Shown here: positions 55,153 through 64,000 of the stretch, piece after piece
Layout: the number at the start of each line of letters is the position of its first letter
How positions within the stretch are numbered: the first letter of the stretch is position 1
Assembly: GCA_035569235.1 (NCBI GenBank)
Contig: DATMND010000003.1
Coordinates: 3,238-67,237, forward strand
Reading direction: 5' to 3'
Length of the DNA stretch: 64,000 nucleotides
Source of the DNA: Acetobacteraceae bacterium
GTDB lineage: Bacteria; Pseudomonadota; Alphaproteobacteria; Acetobacterales; Acetobacteraceae
Translations under genes and position numbers: made by a program
The notes under the pieces: model-generated
The model's database searches: none
What the model was told of the DNA's origin: nothing
The model's input: only the letters and a program-made list of their open reading frames with translations

Positions 55153-57078
55153 ATGCCCAGCGAGACACTGCCACCCGAAACCGCGCTCGATCATCGCCTG
55201 TCCGAGGCTGTGGCGCGTGCCGGCGCCGCCCTGATACGGCAGCGGCAGGACGACGGCCATTGGCTGTTCGAATTGGAAGCCGACGCGACGATCCCGGCCG
55301 AATACGTGCTGCTGGAGCACTACCTCGATCGCATCGATCCGGCGCTGGAAGCGAAGATCGGCGTCTATCTGCGCGAAATCCAGGGTGCGCATGGGGGTTG
55401 GCCGTTGTTCCACGACGGTGCGTTCAATCTGTCGGCGAGCGTGAAGGCCTATTTCGCATTGAAGGCGATCGGCGACGATCCTGATGCGCCGCATTTGGCC
55501 CGCGCCCGGCAGGCCATTCTGACCGCGGGCGGTGCCGAACGCAGCAACGTGTTCACCCGCGCGCAGCTTGCACTGTTCGGGCAGGTGCCATGGCGGGCCG
55601 TGCCGGTGATGCCGCTCGAGATCATGCATCTGCCGCTGTGGTTCCCGTTCCACCTGTCGAAGGTTTCCTACTGGTCGCGCACGGTGATCGTGCCGCTGCT
55701 CGTGCTGATGGCGCTGCGCCCTGTCGCGCGAAACCCGCGCGATGTCGCGATCCAGGAACTGTTCCGCATGCCGCCCGCGTCGGTGCGCGACTGGATTACG
55801 CCGCCTGTTCGCTCGGCGTGGGGGCGGATCTTCAAGGGGCTCGACACGGTGCTGCGCGTGCTGCAGCCGGCGTTTCCGCAACGCAGCCGCCGCAGCGCGA
55901 TCGCCAAGGTGGTACGCTTCGTCACCGAACGGCTGAACGACGATGACGGTCTCGGCGGCATTTATCCGGCGATTGCCAACAGCGTGATGATGTTCGACGC
56001 GCTGGGGTATCCAGCGGATCACCCGGATGCGGCCATCGCATGGCGCGCGATGCGCAAGCTGCTGGTGGTCGAGCCCGAACGTGCCTACTGCCAGCCCTGC
56101 CTGTCGCCGATCTGGGATACCGGACTTGCCGGCCATGCCGTGGCCGAAGCTGGGGACAATACGGATGCGGCCTGCACGTGGTTGCATGCGCGGCAGATCC
56201 TCGATGTGGTCGGCGACTGGGCGGTGCGCCGGCCAGGCCTGCGCCCGGGCGGCTGGGCATTCCAGTACGCCAACCCGCATTACCCGGACGTCGACGACAC
56301 GGCCGTCGTCGGCATGCTGCTGCACCGCAACGGCGATCCGGCCTTCGCCGCGTCGATCGAGCGTGCCCGCGAGTGGATCATCGGCATGCAGTCATCGGAC
56401 GGCGGCTGGGGCGCGTTCGAGCCGGAGAACACGCATCTGTACTTGAACAACATCCCGTTCGCCGATCATGGCGCGCTGCTCGATCCGCCGACCGCCGATG
56501 TGACCGCGCGCTGCGTGTCGTTCCTCGCACAGATCGGCATGGCGGCGGACGATCCTGTGATGGTCCGGGCGCTATCGTATCTGCGTCGCGAGCAGGAGGA
56601 CGACGGCAGCTGGTTCGGCCGCTGGGGCACCAACTATATCTACGGCACCTGGTCGGCGCTGTGTGCCTTAAACGCGGCCGGCATCGGCTGTGACGATCCC
56701 GCGGTGCGGCGGGCGGTGGAATGGCTTGTCTCCGTGCAGCGCGACGATGGCGGCTGGGGCGAAGACGAAGAAACCTACCGGGATGCGCCGCGTGGCCGTT
56801 ACAAGGAGAGCACGCCGAGCCAGACGGCATGGGCCCTGCTTGGCCTGATGGCCGCGGAGCAGGTCGAAAATCCGGCGGTAACGCGCGGCATCGAATACCT
56901 GATGGCAACCCAGTGCGGGACCGGGGAATGGCGTGAACTGCCATACAATGCCGTTGGCTTTCCGCGCGTGTTCTACCTGCGCTACCACGGCTATTGCTGG
57001 TATTTCCCGCTGCTGGCACTGGCGCGCTATCGCAATTTGCGGCGCGGCAACACGCACCGGGTGGCCGTTGGATTCTGA
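55153..57078 (+). CDS. shc: Squalene-hopene cyclase
   Basis: 641 aa with catalytic motif YPDVDDTAVVGML and repeated QW motifs (e.g. REQEDDGSWFGRWG, SVQRDDGGWGE, GMQSSDGGWGAFE). Confidence 0.95.
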   Translation: MPSETLPPETALDHRLSEAVARAGAALIRQRQDDGHWLFELEADATIPAEYVLLEHYLDRIDPALEAKIGVYLREIQGAHGGWPLFHDGAFNLSASVKAYFALKAIGDDPDAPHLARARQAILTAGGAERSNVFTRAQLALFGQVPWRAVPVMPLEIMHLPLWFPFHLSKVSYWSRTVIVPLLVLMALRPVARNPRDVAIQELFRMPPASVRDWITPPVRSAWGRIFKGLDTVLRVLQPAFPQRSRRSAIAKVVRFVTERLNDDDGLGGIYPAIANSVMMFDALGYPADHPDAAIAWRAMRKLLVVEPERAYCQPCLSPIWDTGLAGHAVAEAGDNTDAACTWLHARQILDVVGDWAVRRPGLRPGGWAFQYANPHYPDVDDTAVVGMLLHRNGDPAFAASIERAREWIIGMQSSDGGWGAFEPENTHLYLNNIPFADHGALLDPPTADVTARCVSFLAQIGMAADDPVMVRALSYLRREQEDDGSWFGRWGTNYIYGTWSALCALNAAGIGCDDPAVRRAVEWLVSVQRDDGGWGEDEETYRDAPRGRYKESTPSQTAWALLGLMAAEQVENPAVTRGIEYLMATQCGTGEWRELPYNAVGFPRVFYLRYHGYCWYFPLLALARYRNLRRGNTHRVAVGF

Positions 57079-57091
57079 GACTGCATGTCCC

Positions 57092-57167
57092 GTCATGGCC
57101 GGGCTCGACCCGGCCATCCTGGCATCGCCGATGGTGCGAGGATGGCCGGGTCGAGCCCGGCCATAAC
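57092..57167. repeat. REP family B inverted pair
   Basis: gtcatggccgggctcgacccggccatcc (57092-57119) and ggatggccgggtcgagcccggccataac (57140-57167), with 1 mismatch. Confidence 0.9.
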
Positions 57168-57170
57168 GAC

Positions 57171-57230
57171 GATTACACGTGCGGCGATTACATCTGCGCG
57201 GACTACACGTGCGCCGACCACAAGTGCGCA
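57171..57230 (+). repeat. 15-bp tandem repeat x4 at the 5' end of hpnG
   Basis: gattacacgtgcggc / gattacatctgcgcg / gactacacgtgcgcc / gaccacaagtgcgca. Confidence 0.9.
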
Positions 57231-57865
57231 TTGGTGTCGTCGTCGGGATGGCGGCCGAGGCTCGTATTGCGCGGCGTCTTGCTTGGCCAGTCGCTATTGG
57301 CGGTGGGACGGCGGCAGGCGCGGAAGCAGCGGCAAACGCCCTCGTCAAACAGGGCTGCATCGGACTGATCAGCTTCGGGCTGGCAGGTGGACTGGATCCG
57401 ACGCTGAGGCCCGGCGCACTCATTGTGCCATCCGCGGTGACCGCAGGCGGCAGGTGCTACACGGCCGATCCGACCCTCTCGCGCATGCTCGGCGGCGCGA
57501 CGCCGCATCTGCTGCTCGGCGCCGATGCGATCGTGGCGAGTGTCGAGGACAAGTGCCGGCAGCGCGAGCAGACCGGCGCCGCGGCGGTCGATCTGGAAAG
57601 CGGCGCAGTGGCACGCGCCGCGTGTATGCACAACATTCCGTTCGCTGTGTTGCGCGCGATCTGCGACGCCGCGGACAGCTCGCTGCCCCACGCCGCACGG
57701 GTCGCACTGGACGCGCATGGTGGCATCAGGGCGTGGCGCGTGCTCGCCTCGATCGCCGCACGCCCCACTCAACTGCCTGCCTTGCTGGCGCTAGGAGCCG
57801 ATGCTGCCGCAGCAAGGCGGTCGCTCATCGAACGCGTCAAGCGGGTAACGCAGCCTCCATCCTAG
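57224..57865 (+). CDS. hpnG: Hopanoid-associated phosphorylase/nucleosidase HpnG (PNP/MTAN family)
   Basis: (V)[16 protein letters not shown]-terminus and [10 protein letters not shown] motif, directly downstream of shc. The start is GTG 57224; the track ORF starts at GTG 57179, inside the tandem repeat. Confidence 0.75.
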   Translation: MRIGVVVGMAAEARIARRLAWPVAIGGGTAAGAEAAANALVKQGCIGLISFGLAGGLDPTLRPGALIVPSAVTAGGRCYTADPTLSRMLGGATPHLLLGADAIVASVEDKCRQREQTGAAAVDLESGAVARAACMHNIPFAVLRAICDAADSSLPHAARVALDAHGGIRAWRVLASIAARPTQLPALLALGADAAAARRSLIERVKRVTQPPS

Positions 57866-60119
57866 GCGTTCCCGGCACCACGGTTGTCTCGACAACACGT
57901 TCGGGAGGGAACTTGGCCCGGACCGTCGTGCCCTGACCGGGAACGCTCTCTATGGTGAACGTTGCGCCGTGCAACGCGAGCAGCTTCTGACTGATCGCGA
58001 GCCCAAGACCGCTGCCGCCGAATTTCCGGCTGATCGAGGCATCCGCCTGGTGGAAGGGTTCGCACAGCGACTGCAAGGCATCGGCATCGATGCCGATGCC
58101 GGTATCGGTCACGACCAAGGTGACGCCCGCCTCTGCATGCTCGATTCGCAGTGACACAACGCCGCCGTTGGGAGTGAACTTCACCGCATTGGACAGCAGA
58201 TTGAGCACAATCTGCTTCAACGCGCGACCGTCTCCCCGCAGCGCGACGCGCATCCCGTTCGCGGCGTTGTCGATCCTTACGCCTCCATCATTCGCGCGCA
58301 GCTTCAACATGCCGATGCAGCACCGCACCACCATGCCAAGCTCCACGATCTCGCTCGCAAGCTCGTAGCGGTCTGCCTCGATCTTCGAGAGGTCGAGCAC
58401 ATCGTTGATCATGTCGAGCAGATGATGGCCGGCTGCGTTGATGTCCGTCGCGAATTCGACGTAGTCCGCGCCGATACTCCCCAACGTCTGATCCCGGATA
58501 AGCTCGGAGAAGCCGATGATGGCATTCAGCGGCGTGCGCAGTTCGTGGCTCATGTTGGCGAGGAATTCCGACTTGGCGTGGCTCGCTGCTTCGGCGCGCT
58601 CCTTCGCCTGTTGCAGTTCCTGCGCCGCCTCGACTCCGGCCGTGATATCGCGCCCGGTGCCTCGGTAGCCGACGAAACTGCCGGTCGCATCGAAGACCGG
58701 GTTGCCATTGACGCTGACGTGGTGAAGCCGCCCATCCCGGGTGAGTTCCTGGCGGTGGAAATCGCGAAACGGACGCCGCGCATCAAGGTCGGCGCGGTGT
58801 TCGGACCAATGCGGGTCGGTTGGGCTCGCACCAACCGCATTCCATAACGTCACGCCCTTGCGGTGCGGAATGCCCATCAGGCGGGACGCCTCGCTGTCCG
58901 ATACCCACTTCAAGCGGAGGTCCGCATCCAGTTCCCACAGCCAGTCCGACGACATCTCGGCGAAATCCCGAATGCGCGCCTCGCTGGCGCGCAATGCCTG
59001 CGCTGTCTCCGTCAGCTTGGCGTTCTGCTCCGCCTGGCGGTGGAACTGCCGTCCGATGACTGCGAACAACACGGCGAACCCAGTTGCGGCGCCGAGGCCA
59101 CCCAGTGCAATGACAGTCGCCTGAAGTCGCCACTTCGCAAGCGCCACCGGCTCCAGGACGGATACGTCGATGACAAGTGGCCAGGCGGGCAACGGACGCA
59201 CCGACACCACTGCCGGTATGGCACTAAGAAAACCGGGGGAGCGGTAATTACCGCCTCCCATGGCGACCAGGCTGTACCATGGCGAGGCGGCTGGCATCAG
59301 CTTTCCTACCTGATCCGTGGTGTCCGGGTAGCGTACCAGAACCAGCCCGTCGTGGCGGAGCAGAGTCACAGTCTGGCCGGGCGGCAGTGCGATGGCCCGA
59401 TAGAAGTCCGCGAAATATTGCAGATCGATTGCACCGACGGCGATACCAAGGAGGTTGTGGCTCGGACCGTTGAGCCTGCGAGCGATGTAGACAGTGGGCG
59501 TACCGGTCACGCGGCTTTGGACCGGAGCGCTGATGAACGGACCTGGGTCATCATGCGCGACGAGATACCGGTGATAATCGCGGTCCGACATATTGAGATC
59601 GGGCGGCCATTGCGATCGGGTGGTGAGGAACATCTGGCCATCGGGCTTGAACAGGGAAAAGGAGTTCGCCTGTGGTAGGTTCTTCAATCTGCCGCGTAGA
59701 AAGTCGCGTGTAGCCTCGGTGCCGGCAGAAGTCACGAGCTCGTCAGGCGTGTTGATGCCGAGATTGGCGACACGCGACTGCACTTCCGCAAGAGCAAGAT
59801 CGACCACCTGCACGTAGCGCGAAGTCTGCTCGGCGAGCACGACGCTAAGGTTTGTGACCGAGATACGGTTCTGTTCGATGGTCTGGCGATGCAGATCCCA
59901 TATCGTCGCGCCGCAACCGAGCAGGGTGATGACGCAGAGGGCTATGCCGATTGCCCAAAGGTACCGGCTCGAGCGGAAAGTGTCGGTCCCGGACGCTGCC
60001 ATGATGGCACTCCACGCCCGCGCACGTGCAGGCAATCGATTCACTATGCGATCGGTCTGGCTAAGATTGGCATAATGCCACCGGGCACGACGAAGCAGGA
60101 CAGTGACGCGATTTGCCAT
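57837..60119 (-). CDS. Sensor histidine kinase (periplasmic Cache-like domain, PAS, HisKA, HATPase_c)
   Basis: Two TM segments flank a ~280-aa extracytoplasmic domain. A PAS-like segment follows, then H-box [18 protein letters not shown] and the N/G boxes ([24 protein letters not shown]). An alternative ATG lies at 60002. Confidence 0.9.
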   Translation of the reverse strand: MANRVTVLLRRARWHYANLSQTDRIVNRLPARARAWSAIMAASGTDTFRSSRYLWAIGIALCVITLLGCGATIWDLHRQTIEQNRISVTNLSVVLAEQTSRYVQVVDLALAEVQSRVANLGINTPDELVTSAGTEATRDFLRGRLKNLPQANSFSLFKPDGQMFLTTRSQWPPDLNMSDRDYHRYLVAHDDPGPFISAPVQSRVTGTPTVYIARRLNGPSHNLLGIAVGAIDLQYFADFYRAIALPPGQTVTLLRHDGLVLVRYPDTTDQVGKLMPAASPWYSLVAMGGGNYRSPGFLSAIPAVVSVRPLPAWPLVIDVSVLEPVALAKWRLQATVIALGGLGAATGFAVLFAVIGRQFHRQAEQNAKLTETAQALRASEARIRDFAEMSSDWLWELDADLRLKWVSDSEASRLMGIPHRKGVTLWNAVGASPTDPHWSEHRADLDARRPFRDFHRQELTRDGRLHHVSVNGNPVFDATGSFVGYRGTGRDITAGVEAAQELQQAKERAEAASHAKSEFLANMSHELRTPLNAIIGFSELIRDQTLGSIGADYVEFATDINAAGHHLLDMINDVLDLSKIEADRYELASEIVELGMVVRCCIGMLKLRANDGGVRIDNAANGMRVALRGDGRALKQIVLNLLSNAVKFTPNGGVVSLRIEHAEAGVTLVVTDTGIGIDADALQSLCEPFHQADASISRKFGGSGLGLAISQKLLALHGATFTIESVPGQGTTVRAKFPPERVVETTVVPGTPRMEAALPA

Positions 60120-60128
60120 TTGAGCGTC

Positions 60129-61331
60129 TCACGGACCGCCGCCGTACACCTCCGCCTGAGCCTCGATCTTCGCCGGATCGAGGGCCATTCCCAGTCCGGG
60201 CAATGTCGGCAACGCGAATTGCCCGCCCTGTGGCATCACGGGATTGGCGAGGAAGTGCTGGTTGATCGCGTTCCACTTCACCAGGTACTCCTGGATCGGC
60301 GTCAGCAGCGGCGACTGAGCGAGCGAGAAGTGCAGCCCCACTGGCGTGGAATGGCCATGCGGGATCACCATCAGGTCGTGCACCGAGGCATATGCGGCGA
60401 TCTTGAGCACTTCGGACAGTCCGCCCGCCCAGTAGATATCGGGTTGCAGCACATCCAGCGCCTCGGCATCGATGAATCGCCGGAATCCCCAGCGCGTATA
60501 TTCATGTTCGGCGCCCGACAGCGGAATCTGCGTCCGCTCCTTCACGCGGCGATAGCTGTCGATGCGGTCCGGCATCACGCATTCCTCCAGCCAGCGCGGC
60601 CGGAATTCGGCGATGCGTTCGGCGAGCTCCACCGCATAGATTGGGTCGAACGACTGCCAGCAGTCCAGCATGATGTCGTAGTCCTCGCCGAGCGTGTCGC
60701 GCAGCGTGCGCACCAGCTCGACATTCTTCCGCATGCCATCGTGTCCGCTCATCGGGCCATGGCGGAAGAACCATTTCTGCGCGGGGTAGCCGAGCGTCTT
60801 GTATTCCGCGGCACGCTCGCGCACGCGCCCCATGTCGAGCACCGCGAAGCCGAGCATCGACGCATACGCCGGCATGCTGTCGCGTGTCGGACCGCCGATC
60901 AGGCGGTACACCGGCTGGCCGAGCCAGCGCCCCTTGAGGTCCCAAAGCGCGCAATCCACCGCGCTGATCGCCAGCATGGCGTCGCCCTGGCGGCCGTGCA
61001 CCATAATCCGGTGCATCTGGTCCCAGACCTTTTCGTGGGCGATCGGGTCCTGGCCGAGGATGATTGGGCGCAGGCGCTTCGCCACGAAGGCGGCGACCAT
61101 GTCGGGCAACGGGCCGGCAATGCCGATGGGCCCATCGTCTGTCTCGATCCGGATGAAATGCTGTTCGAGGCGAAAATGATCGGGATCGGCCTGCTTGCCG
61201 CCCTCGAAGTCGTTGCGGACGCGGTATTCAGGATAGACGTCGATCGGCCGGACCAGACGCTCCTCCCACAGCGGGCCTTCAGTGCGCATGGTGCCGGAGA
61301 GACGCAGGACGCGAACTGCGGTGATCTTCAT
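60129..61331 (-). CDS. Enolase-superfamily (mandelate racemase/muconate lactonizing enzyme family) sugar-acid dehydratase-like protein
   Basis: 400 aa. N-terminal MKITAVRVLRL plus a barrel domain with acidic metal ligands (MLDCWQS, LEECV, GAEHEY). Confidence 0.8.
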   Translation of the reverse strand: MKITAVRVLRLSGTMRTEGPLWEERLVRPIDVYPEYRVRNDFEGGKQADPDHFRLEQHFIRIETDDGPIGIAGPLPDMVAAFVAKRLRPIILGQDPIAHEKVWDQMHRIMVHGRQGDAMLAISAVDCALWDLKGRWLGQPVYRLIGGPTRDSMPAYASMLGFAVLDMGRVRERAAEYKTLGYPAQKWFFRHGPMSGHDGMRKNVELVRTLRDTLGEDYDIMLDCWQSFDPIYAVELAERIAEFRPRWLEECVMPDRIDSYRRVKERTQIPLSGAEHEYTRWGFRRFIDAEALDVLQPDIYWAGGLSEVLKIAAYASVHDLMVIPHGHSTPVGLHFSLAQSPLLTPIQEYLVKWNAINQHFLANPVMPQGGQFALPTLPGLGMALDPAKIEAQAEVYGGGP

Positions 61332-61394
61332 GCCAAGCCTCCGGAACAGCCCCTGGACGATAACGCCCGGACCGGAGACTGGCGAGCCGACCGA

Positions 61395-61610
61395 TCAGTG
61401 TTGGGGTGCGAGTGCCTCGGCTGGCCGCAACTGTGCCTCGTTGACGACCCGTTCGTGGCTGTCCTGCGTGTGCTTTACCCGGTAGTAGAGGTCGCGGCCT
61501 TCGACGGGGAGCAGTCGCTGGACCGTGTAGAGCCCGGCGGGGACATGCCTTTCCAGCCGGTTCGGGATGAGGTGGACTGTCTGACCGACCTTGAACTTGT
61601 GCTGCGCCAT
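61395..61610 (-). CDS. Small conserved hypothetical protein
   Basis: 71 aa (MAQHKFKVGQTVHLIPN...) located downstream of cspA. Good high-GC third-position usage. Confidence 0.5.
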   Translation of the reverse strand: MAQHKFKVGQTVHLIPNRLERHVPAGLYTVQRLLPVEGRDLYYRVKHTQDSHERVVNEAQLRPAEALAPQH

Positions 61611-61663
61611 GGCGGTTCTCAAGCTGTCCGGCGCCGCCCGGAGAACGGCGCCGGGAACTGGAT

Positions 61664-61870
61664 TCAAGCGGTCTTCAGGTTCTCCGCCGACAGCTTCCCC
61701 TGCTGCCCGCGTTGCACTTCGTAGCTGAGCTTCTGACCCTCGTTCAGGCTGCCAATTCCTGCCCGCTCGACGGCCGAGATGTGTACGAACACATCCTTCG
61801 AGCCATCATCGGGCTGGATGAAGCCATAGCCCTTTTGACTGTTGAACCACTTGACGGTGCCTGTCGACAT
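61664..61870 (-). CDS. cspA: Cold-shock protein (CspA family)
   Basis: 68 aa. [34 protein letters not shown] carries the RNP1/RNP2 motifs. Confidence 0.95.
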   Translation of the reverse strand: MSTGTVKWFNSQKGYGFIQPDDGSKDVFVHISAVERAGIGSLNEGQKLSYEVQRGQQGKLSAENLKTA

Positions 61871-62042
61871 CGTGTCACTCCAAAGTACCGGCGACCCGCA
61901 CGCCGCGGGCCGGATTACTCTTCCTATTGGGGAGCGTCGAGGCGGCAGAACCGCGCAAAGGCACGAGGCAGCCCGGAACGGAAAGCGCCGATGCCGTGGC
62001 ATGTTGGGTTGGCGGTTGCAATTTACAAGGAAAGGGCGGCGG

Positions 62043-62879
62043 ATGAGCGAGATACCGGTGGAGGTTGCCCGCCATTACGGACGCGGCGGGTTGCTGGAGC
62101 GTCTGCTCGGCGCTCTGACCGAGGCCGGGAAGGATGTCGAGCACCTCACGATCGACGATCTGGCCCCGCTGGATGAGTTCCACTCCCGCCGGCGTGTGGC
62201 GACCGTGGAACTGGCGCGGCTGCTGGCGCCGATGGCGACGGATCACGTGATCGACATCGGTTCCGGGATCGGCGGACCGGCACGCTATCTGGCGGCGACC
62301 TGTGCGTGCCGGGTAAGCGGGGTGGACCTGACCGCCGAGTTCGTTGCCGCGGCCGTGGAGCTGACACGGCGGGTTGGCCTGGCGGAGCGGGTCGCTTTCC
62401 GCCAGGGCTCGGCGCTGGACCTGCCGTTCGGGAATGCGGCTTTCGATCTGGCGTGGACCCAGAACGTCGCGATGAACATCGCGGACCGGCCGCGGTTCTA
62501 TGCCGAGATCCGCCGGGTGTTGAAGCCCGGAGGACGGCTGGCGATCCAGGATGTGGTGCAGGGTCCGGGCGGCGCGCTGTACTTCCCGGTGAACTGGGCG
62601 GACACGCCGGAAATCAGCTTCCTGCGCACGGCGGAGGAGACGCGGGAGATGCTGGAGGCGGCGGGGTTCACGGTGCAGGTCTGGGAGGACAACAGCGAGG
62701 TCGCGATCGCCGAAGCGGAGGCCGAACGCGAACGTGCGTCGGCGCGGGACGGGGGGCGGCCGGTATTGGGGGTGCATGTGGTCGTGGGCGAAAGCTTCCG
62801 CGAGAAGATGCGGAATTCGCGGCGCAACATGCTGGAGAACCGCACGCGGTTGATCAACGCGGTGCTGGTAAGGGGGTAG
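62043..62879 (+). CDS. Class I SAM-dependent methyltransferase
   Basis: 278 aa with motif [17 protein letters not shown] and post-I/II motifs ([16 protein letters not shown]). Confidence 0.85.
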   Translation: MSEIPVEVARHYGRGGLLERLLGALTEAGKDVEHLTIDDLAPLDEFHSRRRVATVELARLLAPMATDHVIDIGSGIGGPARYLAATCACRVSGVDLTAEFVAAAVELTRRVGLAERVAFRQGSALDLPFGNAAFDLAWTQNVAMNIADRPRFYAEIRRVLKPGGRLAIQDVVQGPGGALYFPVNWADTPEISFLRTAEETREMLEAAGFTVQVWEDNSEVAIAEAEAERERASARDGGRPVLGVHVVVGESFREKMRNSRRNMLENRTRLINAVLVRG

Positions 62880-62956
62880 TGGGACAGCGCCGCATTCACC
62901 CATCGCAAACTCCCTCTCCGCCCCTGGGGGCGGAGAGGGTCGGGGAGAGGTGGGGG

Positions 62957-63127
62957 CCGATGCCGCCGCGACAACGGACCATCCCCGCACGCCGTCTGCA
63001 CCGCGAGCCCGCCGCTGCCGAACAGCGACTCTGGCATGCGCTGTGCGCCATGTGCCGCCCCGGAACAACGAGGTGACCGAAAATATCGACGGAGCCCTGC
63101 GGGTGGTGCTGCGGGTGCTGGACGAGT
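62957..63127 (+). pseudogene. Internally deleted DUF559 (Vsr-like endonuclease) relic, copy 1 (most diverged)
   Basis: ..ARRLHREPAAAEQRLWHAL.. is followed in the DNA by gtgaccgaaaatatcgacggagccctgcgggtggtgctgcgg (VTENIDGALRVVLR). The catalytic core is missing. Confidence 0.55.
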
Positions 63128-63189
63128 CCCCCACCTCACCCTGACCCTCTCCGCCCTTGGGGGCGGAGAGGGCCGGGGAGAGGTGGGGG

Positions 63190-63361
63190 CTGCTGCCGCC
63201 GCGACAACGGACCATCACGTCAAGCGTCTGCGCCGTGATGCCGCCGCCGCCGAACAGCAACTTTGGCATGCGCTGCGGAACAAGTGCAGGCTTGCAGCAA
63301 CGAGCGTGACCGAAATTATCAACGGAGCCCTGTGGGTGGTGCCGTGGGCGCTGGAGCAGGT
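63190..63361 (+). pseudogene. Internally deleted DUF559 relic, copy 2
   Basis: HHVKRLRRDAAAAEQQLWHALRNKCR (a DUF559 N-terminal motif) is fused to VTEIINGALWVV (a DUF559 C-terminal motif). Confidence 0.6.
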
Positions 63362-63494
63362 CGCCCGCCTCACCCTGACCCTCTCCGCCCCCGAGGGCGG
63401 AGAGGGAAAGCACCGCATTCACCCATCTCAACGAGTGCTGGCGTAAACTCCCTCTCCGCCCTTGGGGGCGGAGAGGGCCGGGGAGAGGTGGGGG

Positions 63495-63665
63495 CTGATG
63501 CCGCCGCGACAACGGACCATCACGTCAAGCGTCTGCGCCGTGATGCCGCCGCCGCCGAACAGCAACTTTGGCATGCGCTGCGGAACAAGTGCAGGCCTGA
63601 AGCAACGAGCGTGACCGAAAATATCGACGGAGCCCTGCGGGTGGTGCTGCGGGCGCTGGAAGATT
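63495..63665 (+). pseudogene. Internally deleted DUF559 relic, copy 3
   Basis: HHVKRLRRDAAAAEQQLWHALRNKCRPEATSVTENIDGALRVVLRALE, with the same deletion junction as copy 2. Confidence 0.6.
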
Positions 63666-63723
63666 CCCCCACCTCACCCTGACCCTCTCCGCCCCCAAGG
63701 GCGGAGAGGGAAACGTGTGGGGC

Positions 63724-64000
63724 TTACCCTAGCGGTTTCAATGGCGGCGTCTCACCCGCTGGCAGCGGCACGCCATCGACATTCAACACCATCGATACCA
63801 GGCTGTAATATCCCACCGCGCCGATCAGATCGATAACGCCGCGCTCGCCGAACCGGTCGGCGATCCGCTTGTAGTTGGCGTCCGACACCTGCCCGGTGCC
63901 GAGCAGCTCCGTGCAGAAATCGTAGGCCGCGGCTTCGTCGTTCTGCATCGCCGTTGGCCGTGTCCCGGCGGCGATCGCGTCGCAGATCTCGGCCTTCAGC
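63724..64000 (-). CDS. Carboxymuconolactone decarboxylase (AhpD-like) family protein, partial (5' end outside the window)
   Basis: The C-terminal sequence ..FGERGVIDLIGAVGYYSLVSMVLNVDGVPLP is typical of the CMD family. The frame stays open to the window edge. Confidence 0.6.
   Translation of the reverse strand, partial: LKAEICDAIAAGTRPTAMQNDEAAAYDFCTELLGTGQVSDANYKRIADRFGERGVIDLIGAVGYYSLVSMVLNVDGVPLPAGETPPLKPLG

Larger units (their letters stand above)
62885..63715 (+). mobile_element. Array of three MITE-like units: hairpin-containing inverted repeats bracketing internally deleted DUF559-endonuclease relics
   Basis: Hairpin/TIR sequences lie at 62910-62956, 63128-63189 (a full 62-nt palindrome), 63362-63406, 63448-63494 and 63666-63710. 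The three internal segments are homologous, and copies 2 and 3 are nearly identical. Confidence 0.8.

Noticed and set aside
61871-62042. Possible cold-shock 5' UTR thermosensor upstream of cspA
   Set aside because: A long leader is plausible for cspA genes. However, the described cspA thermoregulator is an enterobacterial RNA family, and I cannot identify conserved elements here by eye.
62885-63715. Possible CRISPR array, given the regularly repeated palindromic sequences
   Set aside because: The repeat period is about 250-300 bp rather than 60-75 bp. The segments that would be spacers are homologous to each other. No cas genes are present.

Overview
High-GC alphaproteobacterial chromosome segment. 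Hopanoid genes, a MucR/Ros regulator and characteristic palindromic REP hairpins suggest Bradyrhizobiaceae. All calls come from reading the ORF translations and the DNA by eye; no database search was run. Coordinates I placed by hand may be off by 1-2 nt.

Layout:
- 0.35-19.0 kb: Wzx/Wzy-dependent exopolysaccharide island. It holds a priming transferase, GT4 glycosyltransferases, a flippase, a Wzy-like polymerase, a Wzc-like tyrosine autokinase, two GH26-like hydrolases and a lipid-type hydroxylase. One hydrolase is a 920-aa modular, probably type-I-secreted enzyme carrying a very recent 300-bp internal tandem duplication.
- 19.0-20.6 kb: IS-scarred junction with transposase remnants and broken gene fragments.
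- 20.7-37.8 kb: mixed genes. These are a Cys/Met PLP enzyme, a wHTH regulator with an MFS transporter, a translationally coupled DUF2786/HExxH/small-protein trio, a Crp/Fnr regulator with a di-haem cytochrome, an orphan anti-sigma factor, CpdA-like, DoxX-like, a TPR/MetE-like/PQQ-dehydrogenase operon, RlpA-like, TauE, ArfB and MucR.
- 38.0-50.7 kb: dense island of oxygenases and oxidoreductases of unknown substrate.
- 50.9-53.3 kb: circularly permuted ATP-grasp plus alpha-E pair.
- 53.5-57.9 kb: a decayed toxin-antitoxin locus followed by hpnE-shc-hpnG, without hpnC/hpnD.
- 57.8-62.9 kb: orphan histidine kinase, enolase-superfamily dehydratase, CspA and a methyltransferase.
- 62.9-63.7 kb: three tandem MITE-like units that look like internally deleted DUF559 endonuclease genes bracketed by hairpin inverted repeats.

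I recognised no rRNA, tRNA or CRISPR array. The many long antisense ORFs in the track are GC-rich shadow frames.
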